Shown piece after piece: positions 13,276-26,190 of a stretch of 64,000 nucleotides of DNA (the first letter of the stretch is position 1; each line of letters opens with the position of its first letter). The DNA comes from Dicyema japonicum (taxonomy: Eukaryota > Animalia > Dicyemida). Position numbers and translations under genes: made by a program. The stretch spans positions 5,390 to 69,389 of the forward strand of contig RDEW01000097.1 in the NCBI GenBank assembly GCA_011109175.1, written 5' to 3'. The notes under the pieces were generated by a model. That model made no database searches. It saw nothing but the letters and a program-made list of their open reading frames with translations, and had not been told where the DNA came from.

Positions 13276-14739
13276 AGCAAAAAGTAATATCAGAATTAAG
13301 TTATATTTCATTGAAAAAAATGACCTTGAAAAACTTACTCAAAAATTATTAGGACTATTTTCGGATATTCAAGCATGAAATCATCAAGATTGGATATATT
13401 TTCAATAAATTTTGCTATCACTGGATAAGAAGACCCTTACATGACTGCTCCAGAAAAAGTGGTAACAATGTGTATATTTGTCAATTAATTTGTTAAAAGG
13501 ATTTAAACTTTACAAATGTCCTGTCGAAACTTATTCTCTTCATCTCAACGTGAATGGCCATTTCTGTCATGTTTCTTATAAATCAAATAAATTCTTGATT
13601 ATTATTTTACAGACCAGTGGTTTGGATGTTGTCACTAATAATCTCAGTGAGTTCTTTTCTCCCATGTGCTATTTGGTCAAACGTTCTCTTCTTTCTTTTC
13701 CTTTTCCTATTAGAGTGGGGTAGTGTGATGCGTGTGCCTCCCAGTGACAGCACGAAAAAAATCATTGCTCTCCCTTACTTCACTGGAGTGGTTCCCATCT
13801 GTCGATTTGTTCCTTGTTCTTGGTGTACTTATGTGCGATATTGCAGTCTCTGCTTCTGAGACAGTAAGGACCGAATACATTTAATTAATCAGTAACTATT
13901 AATTTCTTTTCGCTGTTTCCGGAGTTAATAGATAAATTAGATATGTAAATAATTAGTTTTTATTAAAAAATGTAATCTAAGGTAAAATTTTATAAAAATC
14001 ATTTATGTGAAGGATAACTTAAAACTTTTCTTCTCGTCTTGGGAGGAAACTCAATGTATGGTGGTCTTTCATTTTCTGCTATGTTGACATGTACGGAATT
14101 AGTGCCTTGATGTTTCTTTTTGTTTATTGGATACTGTAAAGACACAAAATGGAAGTAATTTGATTCAGCCTTAAAGGTAACCATTTCATTTATGATTTGG
14201 GATAATGCACGTGGATTGAAGCTGTAAGATGAAAATAATGGTCTCATAAATATCATGGTTAAATACAACTGAAAAAAATAAAATACAAACTTACAAAAAC
14301 TGAGAATTTCAGGCAAAACTTCATTTTTTAAACTCGACATTTTAACCAAACAAACCTTATTATTGGCGTTCTCAAAAGATTTTGGAATCTCGTGATTTGT
14401 TTTAAATTAAATATCCAATACACATAAAAGTTCCCAGAAAGCTCAAAAGTAACGTTATCTGCAAAAAAGACGTTTAACATGCTTTCCCACCAACTGAGGT
14501 AGACGCTCTTATTGTTATCATATGACGATACTCTTATGTATTCATTCAATCGTTCATTTCTGACCGTTGGATTATCCTAAAATGATATTCCTGATAGCAC
14601 GTGAACTAACACATTTGTACTGTTCATAACGAGGTATTTATTTAACTTAATGATAAGCTTCCTCACAAATTTAATTTTTTGAAGCTTATTTCATATTCGA
14701 AAATTTCGATGTAATTCTTATATTTTAGCTTTTAGTTGG

Positions 14740-15440
14740 AGAAGACAATTTCTTAACAAAGAAACAAATGTTAGTTAAGGAAGCCGGCTGCGTGGATCGC
14801 GAACGAGTTCCCTCGGAGTATGTCCATTCCAATCTATTGTCTCAGTCATCACCCTTTTCGTTGATCCCTTTTCTTTCTGGCAAGCATTCTTCAGAGTTCG
14901 CGCAAGAACTCAGCCGTCATTGGACCAACGACTCCTGATGACTCGACCGCAATAAAAGTAAATCGTACCGGTCCTCGAGGCAAGAATATTTATTGATTTT
15001 TAGGTTTTCCGCGGACGAAGTAGCTGCTCCAGGTTGCTGAACCGATTTGAAAAGATTCGTGCTTGAAAATATGTCAACACACGTTACGTCCCTGACCAAA
15101 GATCTTGTGGATGTGTGAGGGAAAAGGGTCATCCCGTCAGGTTTTTTCCTATCTCTTCGATGACGACCCACTGGTTCAAGTTGTGATGGGAAGCCTGTAG
15201 CATTCAGAGCTCTGACGCATCTTTCAGAGCAGCGTGACGTAATCCTTTTCCGGCGCTTCTTCTGCAGGACAGCGGATGCAATCCCTTCGCTTCGACTATT
15301 TTCCCGCATCGGCATCGGTAATCCTAACAAATGTATAGTCCTAGCCTATGTCCGATTCCAATCCTCAAAGAATCATCGTCCAAAAGAGTCCCTAGGTTTG
15401 GGCAAGGTTTTGCATCAAGCAATGCTTCACTCCCTCCACT
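14740..15440 (-). mobile_element. CRE-clade 3' fragment, subfamily A
   Basis: RALNATGFPSQLEPVG..RRDRKKPDGMTLFP...SLVRDVTCVD (PD-D/ExK RLE); same 3' end as 7537 copy. Confidence 0.9.
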
Positions 15441-15649
15441 AAATTAGAAAATATCCTTCTACTGTTGTCAATCAAGAAAAAATTTGCCGACCTTGAAATA
15501 TTATTTTATCACTAATAATTTTTCAATTTACGTTAAAATCGATTATTTCGTAATCAAGTCGACTAGTGTGCCTTGTGGTTCCATGTGGCAACCTGATTGA
15601 AGATTTTTTTTCTTTCTCTCAGGTGGAATCATTGGATCCACTTTACTCA

Positions 15650-15860
15650 AAAAACACCCAATGCCTGGCCGGCATTAAAAAGATCCATCTATTCATTTAC
15701 AGTATACAATTTCGCTTTTTGGAGAAGAGTTCTGGAATCTACTCCGGCTCCTTGGATAACACCCTTTGTATCACTGTGCTTGGGTGATGGTTCTGCTGGA
15801 ACAAGTCAGGATCAAGGAATTAGTTTGGTTTTTACCATTGGTCATTGGAATAATTTAATG
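15650..15860 (+). repeat. LINE-type 3' tail repeat (also 27235-27375 minus, 40060-40215, 40325-40460)
   Basis: Shared ctggaacaagtcaggatcaaggagttagtt..ggtt.acc.ttggt motif followed by an AT-rich tail. Confidence 0.7.
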
Positions 15861-16643
15861 TCGACTAGTAACGGAATGGAACGATTGTCTTTGTTCTTAC
15901 TTTTATGGCCCAATGATTAATTGAAGCTCTTCTCATGACAATGTAAGAAATCCTTGCGATCGCATTAGAAAATATCTGTATAATTTTTAGGCTGAGGGAC
16001 ACATCACTAAACTTAACAATAGCTGGAGGACTCGAAAACCGTTGGATATTCCGTATAATTGAAGCCCCTCTGAAATTAAAGCAAGAACAAAAGACTTATT
16101 GGAAATATCTGGCTTGGAACATTAGTTGCAGATGGTTTCCTTTTCCAACCTTCACGTGACAGTTACTCACCAAGGATTGGCCTCAACAATAGCCAAAACC
16201 CTTAAATAGACGATCTAGAAGGCAGTTCGTTGTCAAACCCGTCGCAGAGGACCCATATCGTTTTCTTTATACTTACAACAGGGTCATTGATAGCATAAAA
16301 AAGATGAACAGTTAAGAAGTTGATGGTTGATTGAGCGTATTTTTATGCAAATCATAAGAGAGGATGCCTTCTTTGCTACATCTCCTTCATTATACTCAAT
16401 ATAGAAAAAATATCCCATGTCTTCAACAATTAGATTCACATTGTGTCAGCCTCATTGTATAGTCCCATTTTCCGACGAGTTGAATTTTGAAAAAAACCAT
16501 CAGATTAGCTTTATCTCTGTCAATAATAAACATGTGCGAGTTAGATATTACCGAGAACATTGTTAGCCTGAATCTACAACAGGACCAGTGGTTTCTCGAC
16601 TTGTTTCCCGTAGCCCATTTTGAAATTTAACTTCAAAATAGTA

Positions 16644-17440
16644 CAGTAAAACTCCCTTAAATTGGCCCAAAATTGTTCCTGAACTATTTGTGGCCAATTT
16701 GGGAAATTGAAACATCTGGGTACTTTTTTTTTTAATTTAAATTTAAAAACCAAGAATCACCTACAAAACAAAGGAATGTAGAGGCCGTCAAATGATCCCG
16801 GCCCCCTTGAGCAGCCGTCTCATCTTTCCTCGGTGTTCCTCCCGAGTGCCGACACACTTCCTGTATGGACGAATCAACTTTTCGGAAGTTTAGGAGTTTT
16901 GGCTAAGCTCCTGTTCTCCTCACTAGTTCCTCAAACGGGGTTGGTTTTAATGACGAGGAGGAGGATTTTGTAGGGTTTTCGTTACTGTCTCTTGGAAGGA
17001 GTTTAATTTCTTTAGGTTGGTGTAGGATATGTTAGTTCCCCATGCCGCGCAGCAGTAACTGATTGACGGAAGTATGTATTGGTAGTAGAGATGATCTACT
17101 ATTGGGTAGAACCATCTCTTATAGTATTCAAGTAACGTTTTTTACAAAGTTTAATTTTCTCTGGGAAGAGGTGATTTTGTCGCTCACATGTTTGCTGAAG
17201 GTCATTAATGGGTCATATGTGACCCGAGTATTTTGGCTGAATTTGTGTAAAGGATTGTTATTCCATTTAAGGTCAATGGAGTCGCCGAGTTAGTCAATCT
17301 ACTATTGGAAATAAAGATCATAAAACACGACTTTTCAGGGCTTTTGTGTAGTTGGTTCTCGAAGCCAACAGTTCAGGTTATCCAGTGATCTTGTAAGCGT
17401 GTACCCGATGTGTGGATGCACTGGTCTATTGTTTCCAGGA
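16644..17440 (-). mobile_element. pogo/Tigger-like terminus (16644-16722) joined to a LINE 3' fragment (RxCVG family)
   Basis: TA|cagtaaaactcccttaaattggcc TIR; LINE ends RPYRKCVGTREEHRGKMRRLLKGAGII*; same junction recurs at 53235. Confidence 0.8.
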
Positions 17441-17449
17441 TTAAGTCGT

Positions 17450-17830
17450 CGGTGTAAGCAAGGAATAGGGTATCTTTGCAGCTGTAAGAAGGCATGTCGC
17501 GCATGAATAGGTTGAATAGAATAGAAGACAGGGATCCTTACGGGACCCCGTTCGGTAAAAATTTAGTGATTGAAGATGGTATGTTCGAGTGCCATCTATC
17601 CTTTTGCCATCACCTCCGTCATGCCTGACGATCCCAGAAGGCAAGTAAACCCGGATCTTTGATAGTCCTCATGAAATCGAGTTTAGTATAGAGTGGAAAA
17701 GTAATCTCCCGGAACTTTGTCTGCTGATGCGGATTCAGTCCTTCCTGTCAACCACCATCCTAAGGGCATCTGTGTTCCAAATTGAGGCTAGACGAAGAGC
17801 AACTCCAACACGAATAATATTGCCATCAGA
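17450..17830 (-). mobile_element. Diverged CRE-clade 3' fragment
   Basis: IRVGVALRL, PSGIVRHDGGDGKRIDG (RLE region). Confidence 0.55.
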
Positions 17831-18329
17831 AGAGTCTAGTGCTCGAAATAAAAAACATTGACCAAAGACTCCCTAATTCCACAGACAATTCTTAAATTTA
17901 TAAAAACAATCTGTTGTTTATACAAAGAACTAGGAAACCCACAAGGATAATCTTTAACTAACGTCGAAAAAGGTTTATTGGATATGAAAAGAACTAGGGA
18001 ACTCGCTAGTTGATAATTTACTAATATTGAGGTTTTAAATTATTCTGTTCTGTATTTTCAGAAAGAAAAACAATTTTCTAAGTTAAAAGACTATCTAAAA
18101 TCAGCATGTGTTGTTTATTATAAACGAACTGTAGCAAACACAAACAAAGTGAGTTATGGAAAAGGATGAGATCAGTATCGAGATTATTGATGTATAAATG
18201 ACATTTTGAGGAACATATCTTCTGGAAGCTTCAGACTCAATTAAGGGCACAACCGATTTAACATTCCTTAGTGATTCTAACCAAATGAATTAAGTACCAC
18301 ATTTTACAGATTTATATTCTGGAATATTT

Positions 18330-19766
18330 TGTCACATGGGCCAAGCGATACCTATGGGCTGCCTGTTACATTAACCTTGAACCAAGATAACTTCAATTAA
18401 TTTTATAAATGATTTATTAAGCACAAAAAAATTAATTAAGTTTTTTAGTCTAACTTAATACAGTTGATATTTCTCCTTTCGAATTATTTATCTATCAAAT
18501 TATACTATTTAAAACTACCTCCACGCGACTATTCGATAAAAATATTAATTATTTCTGCAACTGGAGAATACTGAGACTCAAACTTATCCAGTCGCAATGA
18601 GGGATTTGTTCCAAAGTCCTTTTTAGCCCGAACCTATTTATTAATGTTTTTAATTCATACTTTATCTCTTATGTTAAAAGTATATTTACTATATGAACAT
18701 TCATTTTTCTGTTCATAATTTGTAATAATTCGAATTTTCTTCAATCGATTTTAATTCGAAATTGAATCTCTGCGCATTCGGACACAATTATCTGATATGG
18801 GGATGGGAATTATCTAGATATAAATTTTTTAAATCAAACTACGTATTTTCAATAGATTTCTGGAGTCGAACAATTAACCAAATCGTCAATTTGTTCTGAA
18901 TCGCACACTCATCACTTAAATTAATCTAAGTCATAATGTGATAATAAGTCATAACCATGAATTATTGAATTTATTCCCTTAATTCCTCGATATCTTTTTA
19001 CTATATATGTAAATGATCGTTAAAATCCATTTGAAATTTTCATTTAATGTTGAAAATTTTTTCAGGTCTATTAGATCTACCTGAAAACGTTCATTTTGAG
19101 AAGAAACAAACACATGGTGATTATATCTCCAATCTACAATTAAAAAAATCACGAACTTTTAAAGGACTCGAAAATTTGCAGACTTCACAATTCGAATGAC
19201 TTTCTGATAATCTCATTCTTTACAGTGAAGTATCTTTGTCGACATTCATACTCAATTTTATTGACTCCTCCGTGTGAAAACTCGTGCAACGATATCAGAA
19301 CATGCTCCATTTCGGTTTCATTATCCAGGGATATGACTAACTTGTAATCAGTTGATTAAGATACAGTCTAAAATTATTGAAAATTACAATACCTGTCATT
19401 GATAATGGAAAAATTCTCTATCTTCTTTACAAGCCTATATTTCGGTGCCTCACAAGATTTCGGGAAATTTATCATGCGAAGCATCTTTTAAAGTTTGATA
19501 TTCAGCGCAATCTTTCACAAAACCTTGTAAGAAGCCATTGCAACAAAATAATCTTCTATGCTAGAAATCACGTTAGAAATCTAGGTTTACCGCTATAAAA
19601 AATAAATCTTTATAATCATAACATTTATGAATAAAAAACTAATTTAACAGAATTAAATCACGATATAAATCGGATATACAAAATTATATGTCGGATAATC
19701 AAAAAGACCTTTTCAAGGTCGAAAAAAATGTAACAGGTTGCCTATGCGTTACGCGCCCATGTGACA
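18330..19766 (-). mobile_element. Ginger-like DNA transposon with KRBA2-type integrase (degenerate)
   Basis: TIRs TGTCACATGGGC.../...GCCCATGTGACA; 5-bp TSD TATTT (18325-18329, 19767-19771); HHCC region LHEFSHGGVNK...RNCEVC and ERFQVDLIDL...FKWILTII. Confidence 0.85.
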
Positions 19767-20399
19767 TATTTGACCATATCTTACAGATTGAATGAATCAG
19801 AAAAATAAGATATTAAATTTCTATAACCAACTTTAGTCACATGAAATTAACATCAAAGCTAAGATTAAAGAATTATCACTAATATGGCACTTTTAGTAGT
19901 TACTTAATGCACTCCCGCATCACCTATAAGGATATGAATACTTAGGGTTCAGTTTGTACCGTGCTCATCACTATCCATTCTACCAGTTTTCTCCATGTAA
20001 TTTTCATCCTCACATGGCTCCAAGAACAGCGAGCATGCGATTTCAAGGCGCTGAAAGAATCATCTTGCGTCACGAGGTTACTGAATCGAATCGAGAATGC
20101 ATTCAAATTTCATTGATGACTCTAACCAATTCTTCCAACCGTTCCAGGTGTTTCGAAGGCTATTTGGACAAAAACGGAAAAGATCTCCGAGGTAGAGTAC
20201 TTTTTTAAATTTCTCCGTTCAGAGAATCTGCATTTAGAAGTCAAAATAACAAAAAAATCAAAATGTGAAGCGGAGAACTTTTAACAAAATAATTAAGATC
20301 ATCGATTGAGACTAATAAACATAAAAATACTATTTTAAATCAATTTTTGTTAACGCATAATATAAAAACTCAAACATCACAGATTGGAAATAAAGTTAC

Positions 20400-20685
20400 T
20401 TAGGCGAAGTGGCAGCTCTTTAGACATATCCTAAGAGCTTCGGAACTGGCACGGCCATCAGGCCATGGAATCATATTTTTCTGTATTAAACAGAACAAAC
20501 GTATCGAGGTCGACAAAGAACTCACTTAGAAAACTGAAACAGGAGAGGATCTGGATGATCTAAGGGCGGTTGCGAGAAACGGGGGAGGATGGAAATGACT
20601 TACAGCGCGTATCCAGAGAGACATAGCAAAAATGGAATCTAAAATTGGTTAACTTTTGCAATTAATAAATAAAATAAAAAAGAAT
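20400..20685 (+). mobile_element. RTE-like LINE 3' fragment (second copy 33222-33495 minus)
   Basis: KWQLFRHILR...AMESYF...RGRQRT...KLKTGEDLDDLRAVARN..GW with A/TAA-rich tail. Confidence 0.75.
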
Positions 20686-20789
20686 AAACATGAGGAACAG
20701 TTGAAATACCATTTATTCTGCCTCTAGGTGCCTGAACTCTTCACTGGGTTCAGTCATTTCGTCAGAAAACGTAAAATACAAACTGAACT

Positions 20790-21660
20790 ACGTTCTTCGG
20801 GGGCACCCTACTACCTGAAAATGCGACCAAGTTACCCTACCCGTTAGCCTAGGCGGACTGGGAATCCCTTCATCTAAGGATCTGGCTTGCCCCGCGTATC
20901 TGTCCTCTTTGGGCTCCAGTTGACTGCTGATCAGAATGATTCTCCAACTCCAAACAGAATCGTCTGAAATCACAGATATGGGGCATTTGAAAGAGATGAT
21001 GCCTACGCAAAAATACCGTTACAGGACCATCTACTAAATATGAGAAGCTTCTGAACCAATCAAACCAAAACAGACGTGCCTGTCTATTAACTGGAAGATG
21101 CCAATGGAGTGGCGCTTGGATCAATGCCTTCCCCGTTGGTTGTGTCGGTGCCCACCTTGACGACGACACTGTCCGCATCGGCATCTCCACCAGAATTGGA
21201 ATGAAGATTTCAACTGTTATAGACACCGTGCTCTCTCTTGTCGAAGAAGTGCAGGACAATTTCCAAGATACAAGGCTATCAACGGAATTTACAAGCTAGC
21301 CCTGGAAAATACTCCGCCATACTTGAACCTGTTGGTCTAGACTGAGGAGATAGAAAACTTCCTGACTGGATCACAGTTTTCCCATTCGAAGAAGTCTGGA
21401 ATGCTACTTGTGTCGACCCATTTTCGGAGCACGGTAGACACAGTTTATGATGTGGGCAAAGGAGAAGAAATACGAATCCCATTGTGGTCGAGACAACTGG
21501 AGGAATAAGTGAAAAATCGCTTCGCTTCCTAAAGAAACTTGGACGCCTAGTCACACTAAAAAGGCACGACGCACGTGGCATCTTCAGTTGATCTCTGTTG
21601 CAATCGTAAGAGGCAACGTATCGTCGAGGGGTTCACATTGGATGGATGGCTGTGTTAACC
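20790..21660 (+). mobile_element. CRE-clade 3' half, diverged subfamily B
   Basis: QVTLPVSLGGLGIPS..DLACPAYLSS; SGAWINAFP..GAHLDDDTVRIGISTRIG; EPVGLD..DRKLPD; PIVVETTGG; IVRGN. Confidence 0.8.
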
Positions 21661-21664
21661 AAAA

Positions 21665-22692
21665 CCGAAAACACTTTATTCAAAAGGAATTAGGAGTTAG
21701 TTTGTTGGTTATTAACGAGTCCGCCTATGTGGCCTAAACTCTTCCGATCACTCTATCTCCAATTTAATCTCGTCCTAGCGTCGGATTCCCTTGATCCTCT
21801 TCTCCACAATATTTTTTACCAGTGCAAGAATCTTGTCTTCTTCCGTACTTTGGACATCAAACATCTTTTCTCCAATCGCAACTTTATTGCTGACCTTCTC
21901 GACTTTTCCATGAGTAACATTATCCTATCCCTTTGGCGAGAGAAAAACCACGCTTCACACACGTATAGTAGCTCTTGTAGAATAATGAAGATAAACAATA
22001 AGGTCTCCAAGCTTGCGAACAACTTGCTTGTACAGAGAAGCGCTTGTAGCGCTTTCTTCCTTCTTTGTCTGATATCCTTCATGAAGAACCTCTTCCATCG
22101 ATAACTATCGCGAAGTAGCGGAGTGAATTTACTTTTGGAATACCAAGCGAGTAGGACTGCATACGATGTCTCCGTAGACGACTAACTCTCAAGTAGCTGG
22201 ACTTCTCAGTAGAGAGTCTCATCCCTCTCTTGGAGCACCAATTTTGCACTTGGTCAATGAATGACTTGATTCTTCTTTCCGATAAAGTTGACTTCCCCGA
22301 CGTATCCGTATTCAGAATATGATTTGCGTATTTTATCAGTTTGGTGTTCGCATCCGGCGGAGTAGGAAAATCAGAAAGAAACACATTGGAAAGAAGGGGT
22401 CTTAAGACAGAGCCTTGTGGAACGCCTCTTTTCAATAGGATATCCTTTGATATATATGCCCCAACACGTACTCGGAATGTACGTCGTGTTGAGAAGTCTT
22501 TTATCCATATGTAGAGTTTCTTTTGGATGTTAGCAGCCGCTAGCCTTGATAGGAGGGCTTCATGTCACACGCTATCGTAGGCCTTGGACAGGTCCAAACA
22601 CATCAGGTTGACTTGCCTTTAGAATTCCAGGCCTCTCAGTACCATCGAATGCATGTGATGGATACAATCCGTGCAGGATTTTCCGGAAACGC
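21665..22692 (-). mobile_element. LINE RT fragment (Jockey/I-like RT, not CRE)
   Basis: GKSCTDCI, LDLSKAYDSV.HEALL, WIKDF...RTFRVRVG, RGVPQGSVLRPLL, IKYA; in-frame stops. Confidence 0.85.
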
Positions 22693-24275
22693 TAATAGTA
22701 TAACCACACACTCTGAACGCGTTTAACATCTTCCACAACAATTTCCCAACTCCCCCCAATGGTCGCGTCATCAAGGTACCATAAGTTCAAGGGAGTTTTG
22801 ATCGCAGATGATACACAGTCGAGACCCAAAGCAAAGAGTAGAGGGCCAAGTGGGTCTCCTTGTTGGACTCCAGTCTTGGACTTGATGGCGTGTTGTCCGA
22901 AGATCAGCGTACACGGGGAACCATATGAGAGTCTGACCATCCTGCTGATCTCAGGAATCCTAGAGACACTATCTCCTATGATTCTATCGCTTCGGATGCT
23001 ATTGAATGCATTACGTATGTCCTGTTTGACTATAATTGAATCCTGCGCGTCAGGAGGGCTGGTAACAAAATTCCGGATTGAATGTATTACTGCTTCACAT
23101 CCAAGAGGTACTCCAACTCCGAGTTGGACAGGACTAAGTTCGGCACTCAAAGTCTTGCTGGCTGCTTTGGCAGCGATCTTCGACGATAGGCGATGGGTCT
23201 TATCCCGCCGCAAGGCTTCTTGAAGGCTACCAACCTCGAAGCGAAAAGGAGTTCTCGAGCATACTCCGAGATATCTGCCCGAAGAACGTGGTTCGTAAGA
23301 GCATTCAATGAGACGATGAGGGAGTCCCCTGTGTCGACGGTTGTTACAGAGGTGAGGTCTTTTATGTGGCTTGGGCGTAGGCCGTCCAGACCGGCGCCGC
23401 TGCTTCCAGGGAATGCACGAATAGCCCATTTAATATCATCAGGGGTGGCATTTAGTTGTGGGACATCCTTTTGAATTTTCGTGTCACGTAGATCAGCTGG
23501 TGCGGGCGGATGTTTCTGGACTAACTGGTCTAAGGTTTCTTTGCTTGGTGAAAGAACCTTGTCGCTGCTGGAGAGTGTACGTAGGGCTCCCCGAATGTCC
23601 CCGACTATGATCTTCTTGTTTATTTCTCTGCGAAGATCCCTTTTCTTGGTTCTGGATGAAGAGGGTGAGTCAACAGCAGTCGAAATGCTTTCCAGTGTAT
23701 CCGCCAGGTTGATACTTTCGTATTTAGAAACGTTCCTTTTGATGATTGACTTGACATTCCGTTCCTTCAGTTCGGTCGGATGTGATCCGAGGACAAGAGG
23801 TGCAAAGCAGAGAAGGCGCATCCAAGCTTCTTGGGTGTTGTCACTGACTGCTTTGGTGGTTAGTTTTGAGAGACACGTGGCAGCTGCTAAGCGCACCGAC
23901 TTTGGGATTCTGAGTGGGATAACCCTCTCTGATACAAGCCGGTTCAGGCGGCGTAAACATTCGTCCGTGTTAGATAGGTCCAGGACTGAACCAGAGAGCG
24001 GTTCCTTTTGCCTTGTGGGGTTCCCAAGGCATGTGGGGCATGACCAACTTGGGAGACACTGAGCAGTCCGTCTTGTCAGCTTGTTGCACCCAAGATGTCC
24101 AAAATTTGGGCAACGGGAACATTGGATACTATATTTCCTCTTGTTTGCCTCTCCACAGATAATGCAGGGGATAGACGTGCGAGAAATATGCTCTTTGGGT
24201 TTCGGTGTTGGTTTCGGATCGTTTTCCATTGTCATGTTCAATCCAAAAAGTAGAACGGCCAATACACCACAAAAT
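22693..24275 (-). mobile_element. CRE-clade non-LTR retrotransposon 5' half: PHD finger plus reverse transcriptase (single ORF, one frameshifting deletion, truncated after YLDD)
   Basis: ORFs 23147-24262 and 22692-23429: C4HC3 finger; GSSGAGLDGLRPSHIKDL, LVAFKKPCGGIRPIA, QLGVGVPLGCE, DIRNAFNSI, GVQQGDPLGPLLF, WYLDD; likely ATG at 24235. Confidence 0.9.
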
Positions 24276-24599
24276 ATTTTTTATTATACAATAAAATATT
24301 ATTTATTTACTAGAATATTTTAAAATTAATTCTTTTTAAAGTTTGGTGAAACAATTATGGCCCTGACTATCTTCTAATGCACAACAGATTGGATCATGCT
24401 ATTATCGGCAAATTAATTGGAGAAAATTTGTTATCGCAACTAATTAATCCAAGGAATGAACCTAAAGGAGAACGTCTGCTTGTGGCGAACAAATCCATCT
24501 TCCGATTGTTATATCACTTTATTCTTCGACGGAAGAGTTCAGAGAAAAGCTGAACATAATCACAAAAAATTACCAAAAGATCATAGTAAAAGTCAGACA

Positions 24600-24992
24600 G
24601 TAAACGTATTCATTAATTATACTTTATTTAGTATAGAAAAGAGAGTAAATGGTCATATAGCAACTGCTCTGACTGCGTGGCTATTCCCTCTCAGGATGGA
24701 GAGCGAGATTCGTTCAAAATTACCAGCAGGCTCACGAAGGTCTCTTGATCGTGTAGCGATCCGATTCCCTAGACGACTCAAGAATTGCAGCGTTGCAGGC
24801 GCAAGGGAACCAACATCTTAACGGCGAGTGGGACAAACAAAAATCCATGGGTAGGAGCGCGTACTTTTCCCGTTTCAACTTCTCGGCTTTCTCAGCGGCA
24901 GAACAGGCTCCAGAGGCACTCTGGAGTAGGTTGCAAGAGGCAAACGTGTCGGTGCAGGTGACGTCCCAGACAAGAGGTTTACCGGCTCCAGA
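24600..24992 (-). mobile_element. CRE-clade 3' fragment, subfamily C
   Basis: GKPLVWDVTCTDTFA...AAEKAEKLKREKY...GDRIATRSRDLREP..FERISLSILRGNSHAV. Confidence 0.8.
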
Positions 24993-25349
24993 TTAAAATT
25001 AATTTAAAAATTTAAATATAATTTTTCTTTTTTTTAATGTACATAAAATGAGCATGAATAAAAGGAAAATGTTTAAAAATCATCTTGTCTTTGTCTTTTA
25101 CTGTTTAACCCTATCTTATTTCTAGGCATGTTGTCCCTAATTTTTTTCTATGCGAGTTTGGGGACGGCGAATTATTTTCCAGTGAATACTACTTTTATCA
25201 ATAATTTAACAGAATTATTTGTTTTAAAATATTTTCTATAGTTCAATAATATGAAGATGATAAAATTTATATATATTTTTTCGAAATGCTGTAAATGAAG
25301 GAAAATGATAATTTAACAAATAGCTTTTTATATAACTATTCCCTAATTT

Positions 25350-25915
25350 TTTAAATAAACCAATTTTATTTAACGCAAAAACTAACAGTTAACAACTAGT
25401 AGCTCCTCTCATTATTGAGAACACATTTCTCCTGACGGTTTGCAAGGAAATGCGCTCAATGAGCCATCTCCTTTCTCTCCTATCATTTTTCTTCTTCGCG
25501 ATGAGCGAGCAAATTTTGTTTAGCAGGATCAGTGGCCTGCTTCCTGACGTTTCACTGCGACTGGTTCAAAAACAAATTGTCCACCAAGAAATGCGCATTT
25601 CTTTAACTTTAGGGTCTCAGCCTTCTTCGAAGAAGAGCCTGGGTTAGTTGCTGTTGTTGCAAGGTTGAAGGGAGTGAAGCTATCGACACAGGTGGCATCC
25701 CAGGCAAGGTATTTATCACTTTCCCATGGGATGAGAGTGGTTAATTAAGGAAACTTGCTGCGTGGATCGCGAACGAGTTCCCTCGGAGTATGGTCATTCC
25801 AATCTTTTGTCTCAGCCAGAACCCTTCTCGTTGATCCTTTTTCTGGCAAGCATTCTTCCGAGTTCGCGCAAGAGCTCAGGCGTCATTGGACCAACGGCTC
25901 CTGATGACTCGACTT
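25350..25915 (-). mobile_element. Two abutting CRE-clade 3' fragments (subfamily D 25350-25740, subfamily A 25740-25915)
   Basis: TLIPWESDKYLAWDATCVDSF...WLIERISLQTVRRN; second part matches 7576/14770 sequence. Confidence 0.8.
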
Positions 25916-26019
25916 TAAAAAATTAAACAAAATAAATATTTCCTATTTTAGGACAATTTTTCGTTGCAATAGGACAATTCCGCCCTAGTAAATAGTAATT
26001 ATTTTTATTGATTTTTTGT

Positions 26020-26190
26020 TAAATCAGTCTTGTTAAAATTATTCCTATTGTTTTGACTTGGGAGGGAATTGTAAGTAAGTTCTACAAGTCATATATGGAT
26101 GTTTTGGATGTGGATATAATTCCGATGGCATATATTCAATCTATTGTGTTAAAGAAAACTCTTGAAAGCATGTTAGTGGAAGCACCAACA
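26020..26190 (+). mobile_element. R4/Dong-like RLE retrotransposon C-terminal fragment
   Basis: VKIIPIVLTWEGIVSKFYKSYMDVL...AYIQSIVLKKTLESM. Confidence 0.6.

Noticed and set aside
22759-24323. Plus-strand ORFs of 80-193 aa
   Set aside because: Antisense shadows of the GC-richer CRE RT ORF
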